In this document: positions 11,621-24,868 of the stretch, in pieces
Position numbering within the stretch: position 1 is the first letter of the stretch
Layout: the number at the start of each line of letters is the position of its first letter
Program-made: the position numbers and the translations under genes
The notes under the pieces: generated by a model
Database searches by the model: none
Seen by the model: the letters and a program-made list of their open reading frames with translations, nothing else
What the model was told of the DNA's origin: nothing
Origin: Octopus vulgaris
Taxonomy: Eukaryota
Length of the DNA stretch: 64,000 nucleotides
Reading direction: 5' to 3'
Assembly (NCBI GenBank): GCA_951406725.2
Contig: OX597815.1
Location: 51,336,001-51,400,000, forward strand

Positions 11621-12640
11621 CAACATCATTTAATGCCCGCTTTCCATGCTGTCATGGGTTAAACAGTTTGACTTGAATCGACAAGCTGGAGAGCTGCACC
11701 ATGATCCAGCCTGACTTTGGCATGGTTTCTATAGCTGGATACGTTTCCTAATGCTAATCACTCCAAGAGTGTAGTGGATGACTTTTTTGCGTCACCGGCA
11801 TGGGTGCTTATACATGTCACAGGCACAGATGCTGTTATGTGTCACCAGCACTGGACACAACTAGGATATCATTTGGTTTGACAGGTCTTCTCAAGTACAG
11901 CAAATCACCAAAAGGCTACGGTCACTTGTCATCATCTCCGTGAGACCCCACATTCAAATATCAAGCTTCATCGCCACATCCCATGTCTTCCTGGGTCTAC
12001 CTCCTCTACAGGTTCCCTCCACAAAGATTGGCATTTCTTTATGTAGCTGTCCTCATCTATATGCATCACATGACCATACCAGTGCAGACATCTCTCTTGT
12101 ACACCACATCTGATGTCTCTTATGCCCAATTATTCTCTCTAGACACTCACACTCAGTTATACATGTACACTGACATTGCACATCCAGTTGAGCATACCAG
12201 ATTAATTACTTTCAAGCCTTTACATGCCCTCGTGATCACAGCCTATGTTTCACTGTTGTATAGTATGGCTGTTCACACACAGGCCTCAAACAATCAGGTC
12301 TTCAACTCTGAGGGAAAGGCCTTTTGTTGCCAACAAAGGTAGCAGCTCTCTGAACTTTGCCCAATCTATTCTTTTTCTAGCAGTTATGCTCTCAGAGCAT
12401 CCACTTCCACTGCTGACTTGACCACCTAGATAACAAAAGCTATCAACTACTTCCAGATATCCCCCATGACATCTGATGGAGTCTGTTTATTGTACTTGTG
12501 CATCTGCCACATGCAAAGACTACTTTCCCTGTTAACCTTCCTCTGATATTGCTGCACCTCTTATATGTCCATAGCTTGCACCAGGTAAACCTTATGGAGT
12601 TTCTACCTACACCTTTTCTACATATCAAGCACTGCTCATA
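11621..12640 (-). mobile_element. RTE-clade LINE, decayed 3' fragment
   Basis: Minus strand gives WCKLWTYKRCSNIRGRLTGKVVFACGRC, IRCGVQERCLHWYGHVMH and RGGRPRKTWD, typical of RTE C-terminal regions, followed by the 3' UTR family seen at 2489. Confidence 0.85.
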
Positions 12641-12695
12641 TGTGTGAGCAGTGTACCATTCCAGATATGCTAGCTAAAATATTCATAATATACAG

Positions 12696-12956
12696 CTATG
12701 GTTCTCAACTATTTTTTACCTATGGACCTCTTCAATTCCTATTTTACTCTACTTGACCCCCTATAGCCATTTGATATTTAGATAAAATCCTTTAAATATT
12801 TTCATAACTAAATATTATCAGGAATTGTATAAAGAAAAATTGTTGAAATATTTTGAGCATTGTAGAAATACAACCAATTTTATTGCATGTAAATTTTTAA
12901 AACAAAATCTTATATGGACCCCTAAGGGCCATATAGACCCTGGCTGAGAACCACTG
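12696..12956. mobile_element. hAT (Charlie-like) MITE
   Basis: TIRs CTATGGTTCTCAAC and GCTGAGAACCACTG, with a perfect 8-bp TSD ATATACAG at 12688-12695 and 12957-12964. Confidence 0.85.
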
Positions 12957-13916
12957 ATATACAGTATATTTGTATTTTGCAAAAAATCAAGCAGCTGAAA
13001 GTTCTGGTGATGATGAGGAAACTCAGCTTAGCTGCCTGTCTTGGCATGACATGTTACTAGAGATAGCATGTTGTAAACATGGTACAACATTGTAGGTTTA
13101 TTCTTTTACATTAAAGTATAGCTACATTTGTACAGGGTCTTGTATTTTGGGGACATTGAATGATACTAGATTGTCAGGCTTGACATGGATGTAGGTTTTA
13201 GACCTCGTGAGTCAGACTGGCTGTTCCTGTGCATCTTCCTCACCATCTTCCAGGGCAACACCTTTTCCATTTTTTGTCTTCTGGGACCATAATGGTCTGA
13301 ATTACTTGAAACTGAGAGAATGTAAGTTTTAGAAGTTTCCATTCATAGCAGTTGTCACAAACTAAAACTGCACAAAGGACAGTGTCTAATGTATGCAAAA
13401 CGTGAAGGGTGAGTGTAAGGAAGTGTTGTTTGGATTGAATGAGACTGGAAGTAGCAATAAGTTAGTTGTAAAAGTTAAGAAGGAGGATGGGACAGATTGC
13501 AAACATTTTATGTCAACAATTAGTACTATAAGTGTAATTAGTATTATAATTGAATGGAGCGGAGAGTGCATTTCAAGATTCATGGGTTGTTTATAAATGT
13601 TATCATTATTGTTGATATGCTCAAAGTAAGAAAACTGATGAAAGGATTAGATTAAATGTTCTTCTGAAGGAGTCAGTTACACATAACCACACTGTTACTT
13701 ATAACTAAAATAAACAGAAGCCAAAGAGGGCCTTCATAAAAAGTAGTTTTATCTCCCACATCTAATTATATTTAAAAAAAGGACACACTAGAGAATGTAC
13801 TCATAAATACAAAATATAAAAAAGACAAATATGAGATGGTCACGGCTAGAAAGTCTTTGATCATAGGTTTGCTCAGTCAGGACTGTCTTGGAGCTAAATA
13901 AGAGTTTGTTTTAAAA

Positions 13917-14249
13917 CAGTGATTATCAAGCATTTTTTTAAAAAATCTATGGACCCCTTTGTTTAATATTTTATTCTGGTGGTCTTCTATAGCCACTCTG
14001 TGTTTAAAAACTAGCTTTATATATACTGCATTCAAAATTTCTATTTTGTTTTTCACTCATTCACTATGTAAAACATTAGATAAATAAACCTAGCTATTTC
14101 TTGCAAGTAAATACATCTGAAGCAAATTTTTTCCATGGGCCCTTAAAATACTATTGTGGATTCTCAGTTTACTATTTTGCTTGCATAGATCCCTAAAATC
14201 CTTATATGGTCCCCCCAAAGGTCATACAGACCCCAGTTGAGAACCACTG
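13917..14249. mobile_element. hAT (Charlie-like) MITE
   Basis: CAGTGATTATCAAGC ... GTTGAGAACCACTG. Interior similar to 46713-47016. Confidence 0.75.
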
Positions 14250-15434
14250 CCTTAAAGGAATAATAAAGGCCTTAACATGAGTGACAGATCATACAATGAT
14301 CATTGAAATATAATATCCCCGAACATAATATAATAATAGTATATATATTTAAAGTTTGTTTTATAAAATAGCAGCAACCATGAGTTTAGATGACACTTCA
14401 TTATACTTTATATAAATAAAGACATAAACTAAGTGTAAAACAGGAAAAAAAGTGTCAATAATAATCCTCATAGAATCTAATATCTGTGAAAAGGGATGAC
14501 TTCAGAAATAGGTTTGTATGGGAAAAATGTATAAAAGATAGAAGTGTATAAAAGTGGGTGTCAAGATAAAGATTAAAAGCTAAGCTAGTTCTAAAAGTAA
14601 AGGAACCTTGAATTTAAATAAAAATTAATATCCTAACAACAGAAGTTTCTAATTAGATACTTCTGATTTATACTAAATATTTTAAAATTCATTTTATATC
14701 TGTACTTTAACAATAGCAAGTGTTTTTAATTCAAGCACAAGACCAGCAATTTTTGAAAGAAGGAGATTAGTCAATATTAATAACACCAGTTCTTGACTGG
14801 TATTTTATTTTATCAATCTCAAAAAGATGGATGAAGAAAAATATCATAAGTACAAATTGTAGCAGAACATTGATGGTAATAAAGAAAGGCACAATAATCG
14901 GAAATGTGCAGTTTGTTATCTTCAGATAAACAACAGAAGTCTTTCTTCTCTTCTGCAAGCTCTTCTGTATATCATTTGTTTTATCAACTTACTATGTCAC
15001 CAAATAGCAGTCTCTATGTTATAATATTACAAATAATCTGTCTTTGAAAGCAAGAATTCTTTGAATGAACTTGCAAATGATATGTAAATAAAAGAAAACA
15101 TTCTTATAACCACTAAGTTGACTAGTTTCCAGTGCTGTGTAAACCCTTATACAACAAGACAGAATAATTTGTCTTATCTTGCTTTGTGGTTGTTGTTTTT
15201 TGTACTCTAAGGTTAATTGTTTAACAGCTCAAACATCATTTCTAACTAATATACATTTTACTGTTTGTTCCCCTGCACCATCCCAACCTGTCATGAATTG
15301 AGTGGGTGTGTAACAATGGTCTTTCTTCATATCAACTTTGTAGCTTCTTTGATCTACAGCAAATACCCTCCATCATCAAACTTATGATACTTTTCCACCC
15401 TAACATACGTTTATAATCTATTTTCTTTTTTTTT

Positions 15435-15830
15435 TTCTTTATCTTTTATTTGTTTCAGTTATTGGACTGTGGCCATGCTGGGGCACCACCTTGAAGAATT
15501 TTAATCAAATGTATCAACCCCAGTGCTTATTTTTTAAAGACTGGTATTTATCCTATTAATCTATTTTGCCAAATCGCTAAGTTACAGGGACATAAACACA
15601 CCGGCACTGGTTGCCATTTGGGAGGGGGGGACATGGACACAAAGACAAACACACACATACATGCATATATACATTTTTTTTTTTCATTTTCTATCAACCA
15701 AATCCACTCACAAGGCTTTGGTTGACTTGAGGTGATAGCAGAAGACCTTGCTCAAGATGCCAAGCAGTTGGAATGAACCAGGGACCATGTGGTTGGGAAG
15801 CAAGCTTCTTACCACACAGCCATGCTAGCA
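15435..15830 (-). mobile_element. SINE family A, near full length
   Basis: Collinear with the reverse complement of 44570-44982. Confidence 0.85.
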
Positions 15831-16811
15831 CATATTAGCCAAAAGTTCTCTTGTAATCAACTCTTCTCATAAATGAATGCTGCACATCTAATATGATTTA
15901 GACACAAATTAAAATATTCCTTAAATTTTCATTTTAACTGGTCCCCCACCACTTTTCTTAACCAGACTAATTTGAAATCACTTAAAGACAGAACAACAGC
16001 ACTCCAACTTTTATATACTCATACCTATAATTATTTAGGGAGTTTCTTTCCTCAATATTCCCCCAATTTTTCTTTCTTTTTTTTTTTTTTGCCTCTCTGC
16101 AAAAGACTCTTAACATTTTTCTTTCTTTCTTTCTCTTTTTTTTCAAGACATTAGGAAATATTAAAAGAGACATGACAAATTATGTTTCAGAATTTCAAGC
16201 AAACAACTATTGATTTTTCTGCAGCTAGGAGTGATGCTTGAGAATTGGTTTCTATTTTATGTTAAACAGTCTTAGACTTAAATTATTATGACTTGTAATT
16301 TATTTTATCATACTTTTCTTTCTCCATTTTATATTAACCAACTTCAAAAAATGGGATTTCAACTGCTCTAGCTTAAGACCATGTTCTTTTTCAGAACGTA
16401 GTCTAAAGAATATCAAAGGGGAGATGGGAGAAACTGCATGTAACATCAGAGCTTTCAATGAATGATAGCAAAATCAAAGTTTAGACAGAAGAAGGTTCTT
16501 CTCACAGTCGATGCTTCAAACATATTTTGAATAAAGGGAGGAGTATACATTGAATCCCAAATCAACATTAATGGAAAGAGAATATTACATCACTTGCAAG
16601 AGGGGATTAAACCACTTTCCTGTTCTCTAGAAATAGATAAACAGATTAATGACTTGATTTACATAAGTGTATATAAGTGTATATAATGAATGAACAACAA
16701 ACACCACCACCACCACCTCATGGGCTTCTTGCATGGTATATATACATATATAAATATATATATACACACACACACACACACAAGCGCGTGCGCGCGCGCA
16801 CACACACACAC

Positions 16812-17046
16812 TTTATTATTATCATCAAAGCTGCAAAAACATCTCAAAAATATCAGTATAAACTGCTACTCAGAGATTCACGTTCACGTTCAGCAGGAAT
16901 GGGAATGTGAAACTCTGAGTAGCAGTTTATTATGATATTTTTGTGATGTTTTTGCAGCTTTAATAATAATGCAGCATATTACTCTACCTCCGGTATTCGA
17001 CCACTATTATTTCCTACCATGTTTCATATTTATATGCTTACTTTGG
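16812..17046. mobile_element. inverted pair of short repeats (~74-bp arms), probable PLE pseudo-LTR remnant
   Basis: 16818-16891 is nearly the reverse complement of 16897-16970. Arms carry GAAACTCTGAGTA-like hammerhead 3' halves. Flanked by CA/TA microsatellites. Confidence 0.6.
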
Positions 17047-17057
17047 TGTGTGTGTGA

Positions 17058-17099
<42 letters not shown>

Positions 17100-17100
<1 letters not shown>

Positions 17101-17460
17101 TGCAGGCATGACCCTGTAGTAAGAAGCTTGCTTCCTAGCCATATGATTTCAGGTTCAGTCTCACTGCATGGCACCTTATGTTTGGTAGATGGAAACTGAA
17201 AGAAACCCATTGCAAGTGTGTGTGTGTGTCTGAATGTGTATTTTTGTCAGTGTTAGCCCCCCACCAACATTTGTCAACTTGCGTTGGTGTTTTTATCTCT
17301 CTGTAACTTAGTGGTTTGGCAAAATAGACTAGCAGAATAAGTACCAGGCTTCAAAAAAAAATAAGCACTAGAGTCAATTCTTTTGGTTAGAAATTCTTCA
17401 AGGCAATGCCCCAGCATGACTGCAATCTAATGACTAAAATAAGTAAAAGCTAAAAGAAAG
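17100..17460 (+). mobile_element. SINE family A with internal deletion
   Basis: Head and tail match 44570-44982. Confidence 0.8.
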
Positions 17461-17644
17461 ATATATAAATTGCAATATATACATATATGGTTACATATAT
17501 GTAAAATTCTTTTTTAGAACAGATCTTGAAGAACATATAAAGCTATAAAAAAGTAGCATATAAATATTGAGGAGATATTTGGATAGAAAAAGATGAAGGC
17601 AACCCCTAGAACTTGAACTCACATCACCTGTTGACATATATATA

Positions 17645-18220
17645 TCATCATCATCATCGTTTAATGTCCATTTTCCATGCTGGCATGGGTTGGATGGTTT
17701 GACTGAGGTCTGGAGAGCCAGCAGCTGCATCAGGCTCCAATCTAATCTGGCAATGTTTCTATAGCTGGATGACCTTCCTAACGCCAACCACTCCAAAAAT
17801 GTGGTTACTTTTTATGTGCCACTAGAATGGGAGCCAGTCAGGAGGTACTGGCAGCGGCCACATTCGGATGGTGCTTTTTACATGCCACCAGCAGGGGGAG
17901 GGGACAGTCAGGCGGACCTGGCATCAACCACATTTGGATAGTGTTTTTACATGCCACCAGCATGGGAGCTAGTCAGGGTGCACTGATCACAGCTAGGATT
18001 TTGGTTTTACTTGACTTAACAGGTCTTCTCAAGCATATCATATCACCTGACACATCAAGGGTACTCTTAAATGGGCCAGACATGCAGCACTGGCATCGAC
18101 CATGGATGTGATCTCACTTTAGTTGCCAGGTCTTCTCAATCACAGCATATCTCCAAAGGTTTTGGTCTCCTGTCATTGCCTCTATGAGGCCCAATGCTTG
18201 AAGGTCATGTCCTCATCCAT
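17645..18220 (-). mobile_element. RTE-type 3' end
   Basis: (CAT)n plus the family motif and ATGCCACCAGC subrepeats. The distal part matches 11880-11960. Confidence 0.75.
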
Positions 18221-18233
18221 ATGTATATAGTCA

Positions 18234-18278
<45 letters not shown>

Positions 18279-18613
18279 TTTCTGGTCATTTCATCATGTT
18301 GAACTGTTAATCCTAACACATTTTTTTTCTCTCTCCATTTTTGTCATTCGCTTCCCATATTTTTACCTCTCAATCCTTTCTATTGAAGAGTGTAGGCTTG
18401 AAATAACAAAAAACTTTTTCATTCTTCCTGAGTGTCAAACTTGTTATTCCTTCACCTGACTTCATCTTTTGCTTTCTGTAAATTTGAACTACATGTATGT
18501 ATGCATGTATGTGTCTGTGTACACATGCATTAAATACACATACATAAGTACATAAAATATATACAATAAAATGTCGTGCCTATATGAACTTTGTGGTCAA
18601 GCACTCTGTTATA

Positions 18614-18788
18614 TGAGAAATTATGATAAACACTAATTTACATAATTTGTTCCCAACAAATGTTTCACTGATGTGGTTGTTTGGAATGACAACATTGGAT
18701 GTCCCATGTGCAATTGGATGCTTGATCACAATAGTGGAATGTATACAGGGAACAAATGATATAAACAAGTGTTTATCATAACTTCCCC
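18614..18788. mobile_element. MITE-like element with ~40-bp imperfect TIRs
   Basis: TTATGATAAACACT..ATTTGTTCCC (18621-18654) versus GGGAACAAAT..AGTGTTTATCATAA (18748-18781). TA on both flanks. Confidence 0.6.
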
Positions 18789-19118
18789 TATCATTTGCTC
18801 ATAACCAGTACAGTACATAAGTACAGTACCCGCCAATCCATTGTACTTGAAGCAGACTGGATGGTGGTAAATCTGAGGAGCTCTAAACTAAAACAGTAGC
18901 AGTCATACATCTAATTGTACACACAAGATACAAGATCATCATCATCATCATCATCGTTTAGCGTCCGTTTTCCATTCTGGCATGGGTTGGAAGATATAAA
19001 CACATACACACATATCAAAACAGATAATGAATGAGCAAAACATTTGGCATCATTCTAGAACATTTAAGTAATCATATAAACATAGTGCAGGGTAGTTATA
19101 ATAATTATGTAAAATATG

Positions 19119-19204
19119 TTACAGCTGTTTCTAGAATAGCTAAGCAGGTAGATCATATGTTATCAAGTAAAGAATTTCAGGTAAGCTAAGTATACTGTCA
19201 TCAG
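19119..19204 (-). ncRNA. hammerhead ribozyme remnant (core intact, stems I and II decayed)
   Basis: Minus strand CUGAUGA (19204-19198), 66 nt, then GAAA-CAGCUG-UA (19131-19120). Same 3' core as the motif at 63977. Confidence 0.45.
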
Positions 19205-19227
19205 AGAGAGAGAGAGAAATAAGAAAA

Positions 19228-19275
19228 TATAGAAATGTAGAATATCCTCAAATGAGGATATTCTGCATTTCTATA
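19228..19275. repeat. near-perfect 48-bp palindrome
   Basis: TATAGAAATGTAGAATATCCTCA-AA-TGAGGATATTCTGCATTTCTATA; 22 of 23 pairs are Watson-Crick plus one U-G. Confidence 0.9.
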
Positions 19276-19872
19276 GAATATACAATATCTTTAATTAAGA
19301 ATATTAGTAGTTACCAGTTCTTCAAGAAACCAAAGCATGCTCAGAGTGAAAGATAAATGTGATTGGTGATGAAGGAGTTAATGAAATCCTAAGTAAAAGA
19401 TAATGTCAGCAGTTCCATAGGTGAAGTTTCAAGGATTTTCAGAAAATCTGATTCACTTTCTGTTCAAAGATGGAACTAGTAACTTCCATTATCCTTTGCC
19501 AAGGATTCTCCTTGAAACTCATACCATACCTTATTGTCTTAGATAAGGATAAAGTACATTAGATAATGTTGTTTAAGTAGCTACCTAACAAAATGGGAAG
19601 GTTACAGCTCAAATACCTGTGATCAAAGATCTGTTCTATTAGGGATGAAATAATGCTAAATAATAAGACAAACAAATGGCAATTGAATCGATGAATGTGT
19701 GAATGGAAAGTATATATATTTATGGTGAATAAGTAACTTGTGAAGTTTTAGATTATTGGAAAGGCAGTTTCATGAGGAGATTCCCTACATCTGATTTTCA
19801 GTTAGCTGCTGTTGGCAGAAATGCTTAACAAGGTAAACACATGGATTCTATTACACCAACTGACCTGCTGTG

Positions 19873-19926
<54 letters not shown>

Positions 19927-20524
19927 GAGAGAGATCAATAGAAATAGATAGAAAGACAGATAGGACAAGACAATTTTGTTGGTAAATTGAATTTTCTCAG
20001 CTAATTCTCTCCAGCCTCCCCACATTTTTTCTTTTTTTTTAAAAAAAAATCTGTTTTTCAGGTCACACAAACATCCCTTGTTTTAAGATATCAAATGGTA
20101 GGAATTTGACATTAGATACCAATGAGGTTTTCTTTTTTATTTTTGCAATGGTAATTAGCTGTCCTCACCAAAAAAAAACAAAAAAACCCATGGCCTCTCC
20201 CTACCCCACTGTCATTTCTTCCACTTCCTTTCATCCACCCTCACCTTACTCACTCCACCCCCATCCTAGTACTTTCTGAAGACACTGATGTGGAATTGGA
20301 CCAGGCACAGGGGTGTTGGTGTTGGTGGAGATGGAGTTTGGTGGGTGGGTCAACTGAGGTTGATAACTGAAACAGATGTGTGAAAATGTCACAGGAAAGT
20401 GTTAAACAACATATTGTGTATGTGTGTGTATGTGTGTGTACATGGACATGCATGACTGTAAATACGTGTTGTGTGTGTATATGCATGTGGACAAGTACAC
20501 TGGCTTAACTGTAAATATGTACAT

Positions 20525-20530
20525 GTATGT

Positions 20531-20590
<60 letters not shown>

Positions 20591-20593
20591 ATA

Positions 20594-20639
<46 letters not shown>

Positions 20640-20720
20640 TATCTTTATATATATATACATATATACACACACATACATACCTTTATATATATATACATAT
20701 ATACACACACACACACATAC

Positions 20721-20781
<61 letters not shown>

Positions 20782-20890
20782 CATACATACACACACACAC
20801 ACATATATATATATAGACACATGAATAAATATGTACGTGCATATATGTATATGTAAACAAGTATATATGTATGTGTGTGCGTGCGTGCAT
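20525..20890. repeat. long compound (TA)n/(CA)n microsatellite
   Basis: Seen directly. Source of several spurious YI/HT ORFs. Confidence 0.95.
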
Positions 20891-21718
20891 GAGCACAGTT
20901 ATGTGTCAAACGGTGAGGAAGGACATTTTAGAAAGTCTTAAGTTCCTCCTATCCTTTTAGCACAACATCTGTTGTCATGAAAAGATAACTTCCTTGGAGA
21001 CAACAGCACAAACACATTGCTCTCTGTTCAAGCATTTCCTCTCTTCAACAGACTGGTTCTTCACAAAAACTATCCTCCTTCTTCTGACTCCAGCAATACT
21101 TCCCTCCCCCATCTTTCCACCCTGCCATATACCAAGACTGTACTTAGAACACATATAATCACACATTCAGTGACCCTCAAGCCTCTCTTGCTTTTTTTCT
21201 ATGTTGTGTGTGTGTGTGTGTGTGTGTGTTTTGGTCCTGTCCTAGCTTCTGAAATTTTTGCTTTGATTTTATTTTATTTCTTTACATGTCATTTCATGAC
21301 ACCACCCCTCCATCTCACCCCCCACCCCAGCCCATAATCTTTTTGAAAGAGCCCATGACTCTTTTTCTTTGCAATCCCCCTCACCAACCCACCACCACCA
21401 CCTAAAATGTAGAGATAACCTAGTTGTTGATGTTTAAGGTCCTAGATCAACCTTGATTGAGTTGATCTATAACCAAAAACCATTCCAGCCATGACCATCC
21501 TGTATTTTTAGGTATATATAGGAGAAAAACATCATCTCAAGCCTCCCCACTTCCTTATTTAAGACAGGAGGATGTTTGATTTAAGAGTGACATGGTTGCT
21601 ATTTCTAGCAGCTTGAGTGACTACATAGAGACAGATAACCCAGTTGGGACAGTTGGAGGTGTTGAAAAGAAAGACAGTCCCAGTCTTGCTAATGAAAGAA
21701 GCTAGTGTCATACCCTGC

Positions 21719-21751
<33 letters not shown>

Positions 21752-22829
21752 CCCTTCCCCCCACTCTCACATTCACTCACACACATACATACAATCTCTT
21801 GGAAACTCACACAAAATATTGTGATGCAAGTCACATTTCACTAACACTAATTAAATGTCATGTGTGTGCATGTATCTATATATATATGTGCGTAGGTGTG
21901 TGTATACACACACACAGACAACATGTACCTTATAGGATTGTATGTCTGTGTTTGCACACACATTCACACTTACAACAAACATACACACACTCCTATCTGG
22001 CTTGTGTGTGCTCGTTTGTTCAATTACATCCGACATATAGATTTAGGAAACAGATATTTCTTCAACAGATCATTTTCTGTCTCTCTCTCTCACACACCCA
22101 CACACAGGGCAGATAAGATACTGGTAAGATATTTCACTTCTCTCCCTACTTACATCACACACGCTGGCTGGTCTCCCTAATTTTGCACCTGTCTCCTTTT
22201 CAATTACTGACATGTTACAAATATACAATACCTGATCAGTAAAAATGATAACAAAGAAGAAAAAGTGAGAAAGGTTTAAGCTGCAGCATTGATAATGAAT
22301 AGATGGGGTTGTGTAAGGTGCTTGCTTAGTAACTGAATTTTGGTACCTTGTAACTAGCACTACATCTCTTGGTACTGAAATATTGAATATCAAATATCAA
22401 TAATGTACTGAGATCAATTATGGATTAAATGTAGTAAACATCTTTATACATGTTGCTATTGTTTTCTCATGTTTATCAAAAGAAATATGCAACTTGGATA
22501 TGTATTGAAATATCTTCTGTTCTTCATGATTGTCAGATGAAGAGGGGAGGCATAGTTTTGCAAGTTAGAAGTTTGCTTCCCAACCATATAATTCTATATT
22601 TGATTCCACAGTGTAGCATCATAGGTAAGGGTCTTAGACACTAACTGGAGGTTCTGAGTAGAAATCAGCATATGTAAATCTGTTTGTGTGTGTGCATGCA
22701 CATGCAGTCTGCCAAGTTGCTTCCTTTAATGTCAAAAGATAACTTAGCCAGTGTTTCTCATGTAGGTTGGACAGCTGTGAGGATTGAAAATGGGGCAGAC
22801 AAATTGGTATCTTTTATCTTTCCTTTTTT

Positions 22830-23195
22830 TTTTTTATTTCTTTCAGTCATTAAACTGTGGCCATGCTGTGGCACCACCTTGAAGGGTTTTAGTCAAACAA
22901 ACCAGCTTCAGTACTTTATTTTAAACTCTTATTCTATTAGTCTCTTAGGTTAAACTGTTAAATTACAGGAACATAAACAGACCAAAACATTTTGTCAAGT
23001 GGAGGTGAAGGAGAAAAACAAACAGAAAAACACACATATGATAGGATTCTTTCAGTTTCTGTCTACCAAATCCACTTACAAAGCTTTGATTAGCCTGAGA
23101 CTATAGTAGAAGATATTTGTCCAAGATTCACTGCAATGGAATTGAACTGAGAATCATGTGGTTGGGAAGCAACCTTCTTACCACACAGCCACATC
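22830..23195 (-). mobile_element. SINE family A
   Basis: Collinear with the reverse complement of 44570-44982. Confidence 0.8.
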
Positions 23196-23539
23196 TTTAC
23201 TGGTATACTAGGACTTATATTCTTAATGAAATTAAGATGTTTTGAAACATTTTATTTCACCACTGCTCTAGTTCACTCATTTGTTGAAATGAGTTATGAT
23301 GTCACTGGTGCCAAGCTATATTGGTCTTTGCCTTTCCCTTGGATAACATTAGTGGCTGGTCTTCCATAAACAACCTAGTCCAGATTTGTGCACCAGAGGG
23401 TAACTTTCTAGGTGCAATCAACCCCATGGTTATTCATGACCAAAGGGGGGCCTTTCTACATATGGGTGTAGAATTCATGGAAGAAAAAAAAAAAAATGCC
23501 ATAGTGGCTAGTGATTAAGAAATGATTCCAAACTCCAGA

Positions 23540-24470
23540 AATCCATAAACAGCATGGGAGACCAAACATGCCTTCAGTCAGATCTGTTTGCAATTGTCCA
23601 ATGGGTGGGGGAAAAAAAAAAACAATATGCTTTTAAATGAAGATAAGTTTGATTTGATCCACTTTGGAAAAGAGGCAACTCTGAAATGACCATATGCTCT
23701 TCCCTTGGGCAACTCCCTAGTGTCATCCGACAACATCAGAGACCTTGGAGCAATTGTTGATAACAATCTGGAGTTCGCACATAGACAGCAAAGTTGACTT
23801 GGTCCACAAGATGTGCTCCTGAATTCTGAGAACTTTCCTGTCTAAAGATGCCAACACCATCATCCTTCTCTACTCTACTTTTGTACGACCCCACCTTTAA
23901 TACAGTTGCCCACTGTTGCCCCCCCCCCCATATGAAGCAACTCATTATGAAAGTAGAAGCACTCCAGAAGATAGACTCAAGAAAGATAGACTGCATGAGA
24001 GGCATTGACTATTGGTGTCATCTGAAAAAAACTCAATCTCAACTCTCTCCAATGCTACTTCATTTGTGTTATGTGGAAAATATTCCATTAATATTGCACA
24101 AATGATGTTGGCACCAATTTTAAAATCCATCCAAGACTTGGTCCCTGTGCTATCCGCCCACTACAAAAATTGAACTCAGTACACATAGCAACATTACTTC
24201 ACAATTACTTTAACTCAACCGGTCCAGCTCTCTTTAATACCATACCAAAATACATCAAAACAGAAATGGATTCCATAAAATTCAAATGTTCACTGGACAA
24301 ATTTCTTCAAAAAATCCCCGACCAACCTCCTACACCCAGATATATGTCCAACAATAATAACTCTTTGCTAGAGTGGGCCCCATATATGACTAAAAGACTT
24401 CACCAGGTGGTGCTATTAAGTTAGACATGGCCTGGGCCTATATTGGCCAAAAGTTATCAAAGTTATTACC
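23540..24470 (+). mobile_element. CR1/L2-group LINE, decayed 3' fragment
   Basis: Reads IRDLGAIVDNNL, MCS*ILRTFLSKDANTIILLYSTFVRPHL*YSCP and GPALFNTIPKYIK..FKCSLDKFLQKIPDQP..NSLLEW across frameshifts. Ends in AAGTTATCAAAGTTATT. Confidence 0.85.
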
Positions 24471-24609
24471 AATAACATAATGGATGGGACCAAGTGAAAA
24501 TGAAAGCAATGAGAATCTTGTAGATTTTGAAATGAACTAAACAAAATTACATTCTTTTTCTTTTTAAATTCAATGTTTCAAAACTTTTGTTTTGAACAAT
24601 TCTTTTATT

Positions 24610-24815
24610 CATTTACTTGTTTCAATCATTTGACTGCGGCCATGCTGGAGCACCATCTTGAAGGATTTTAGTCGAAAAAATCAATCCCAGGACTTATTCT
24701 TTGTAAGCCTATTACTTTTTCTTTCAGTTTCTTTTGCCAAACTGCTAAGCTATGGGTACATAAACACACCAGCATTAGTTGTCAAGTGCTGATAGGAGGA
24801 CAAACACACACATAC

Positions 24816-24868
<53 letters not shown>

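Noticed and set aside
20402-20909. Overlapping ORFs rich in YI/HT/CV (also near 8-348, 16627-17210, 31108-31594 and 34283-34749)
   Set aside because: Translations of TA/CA/TG microsatellites, which lack stop codons.
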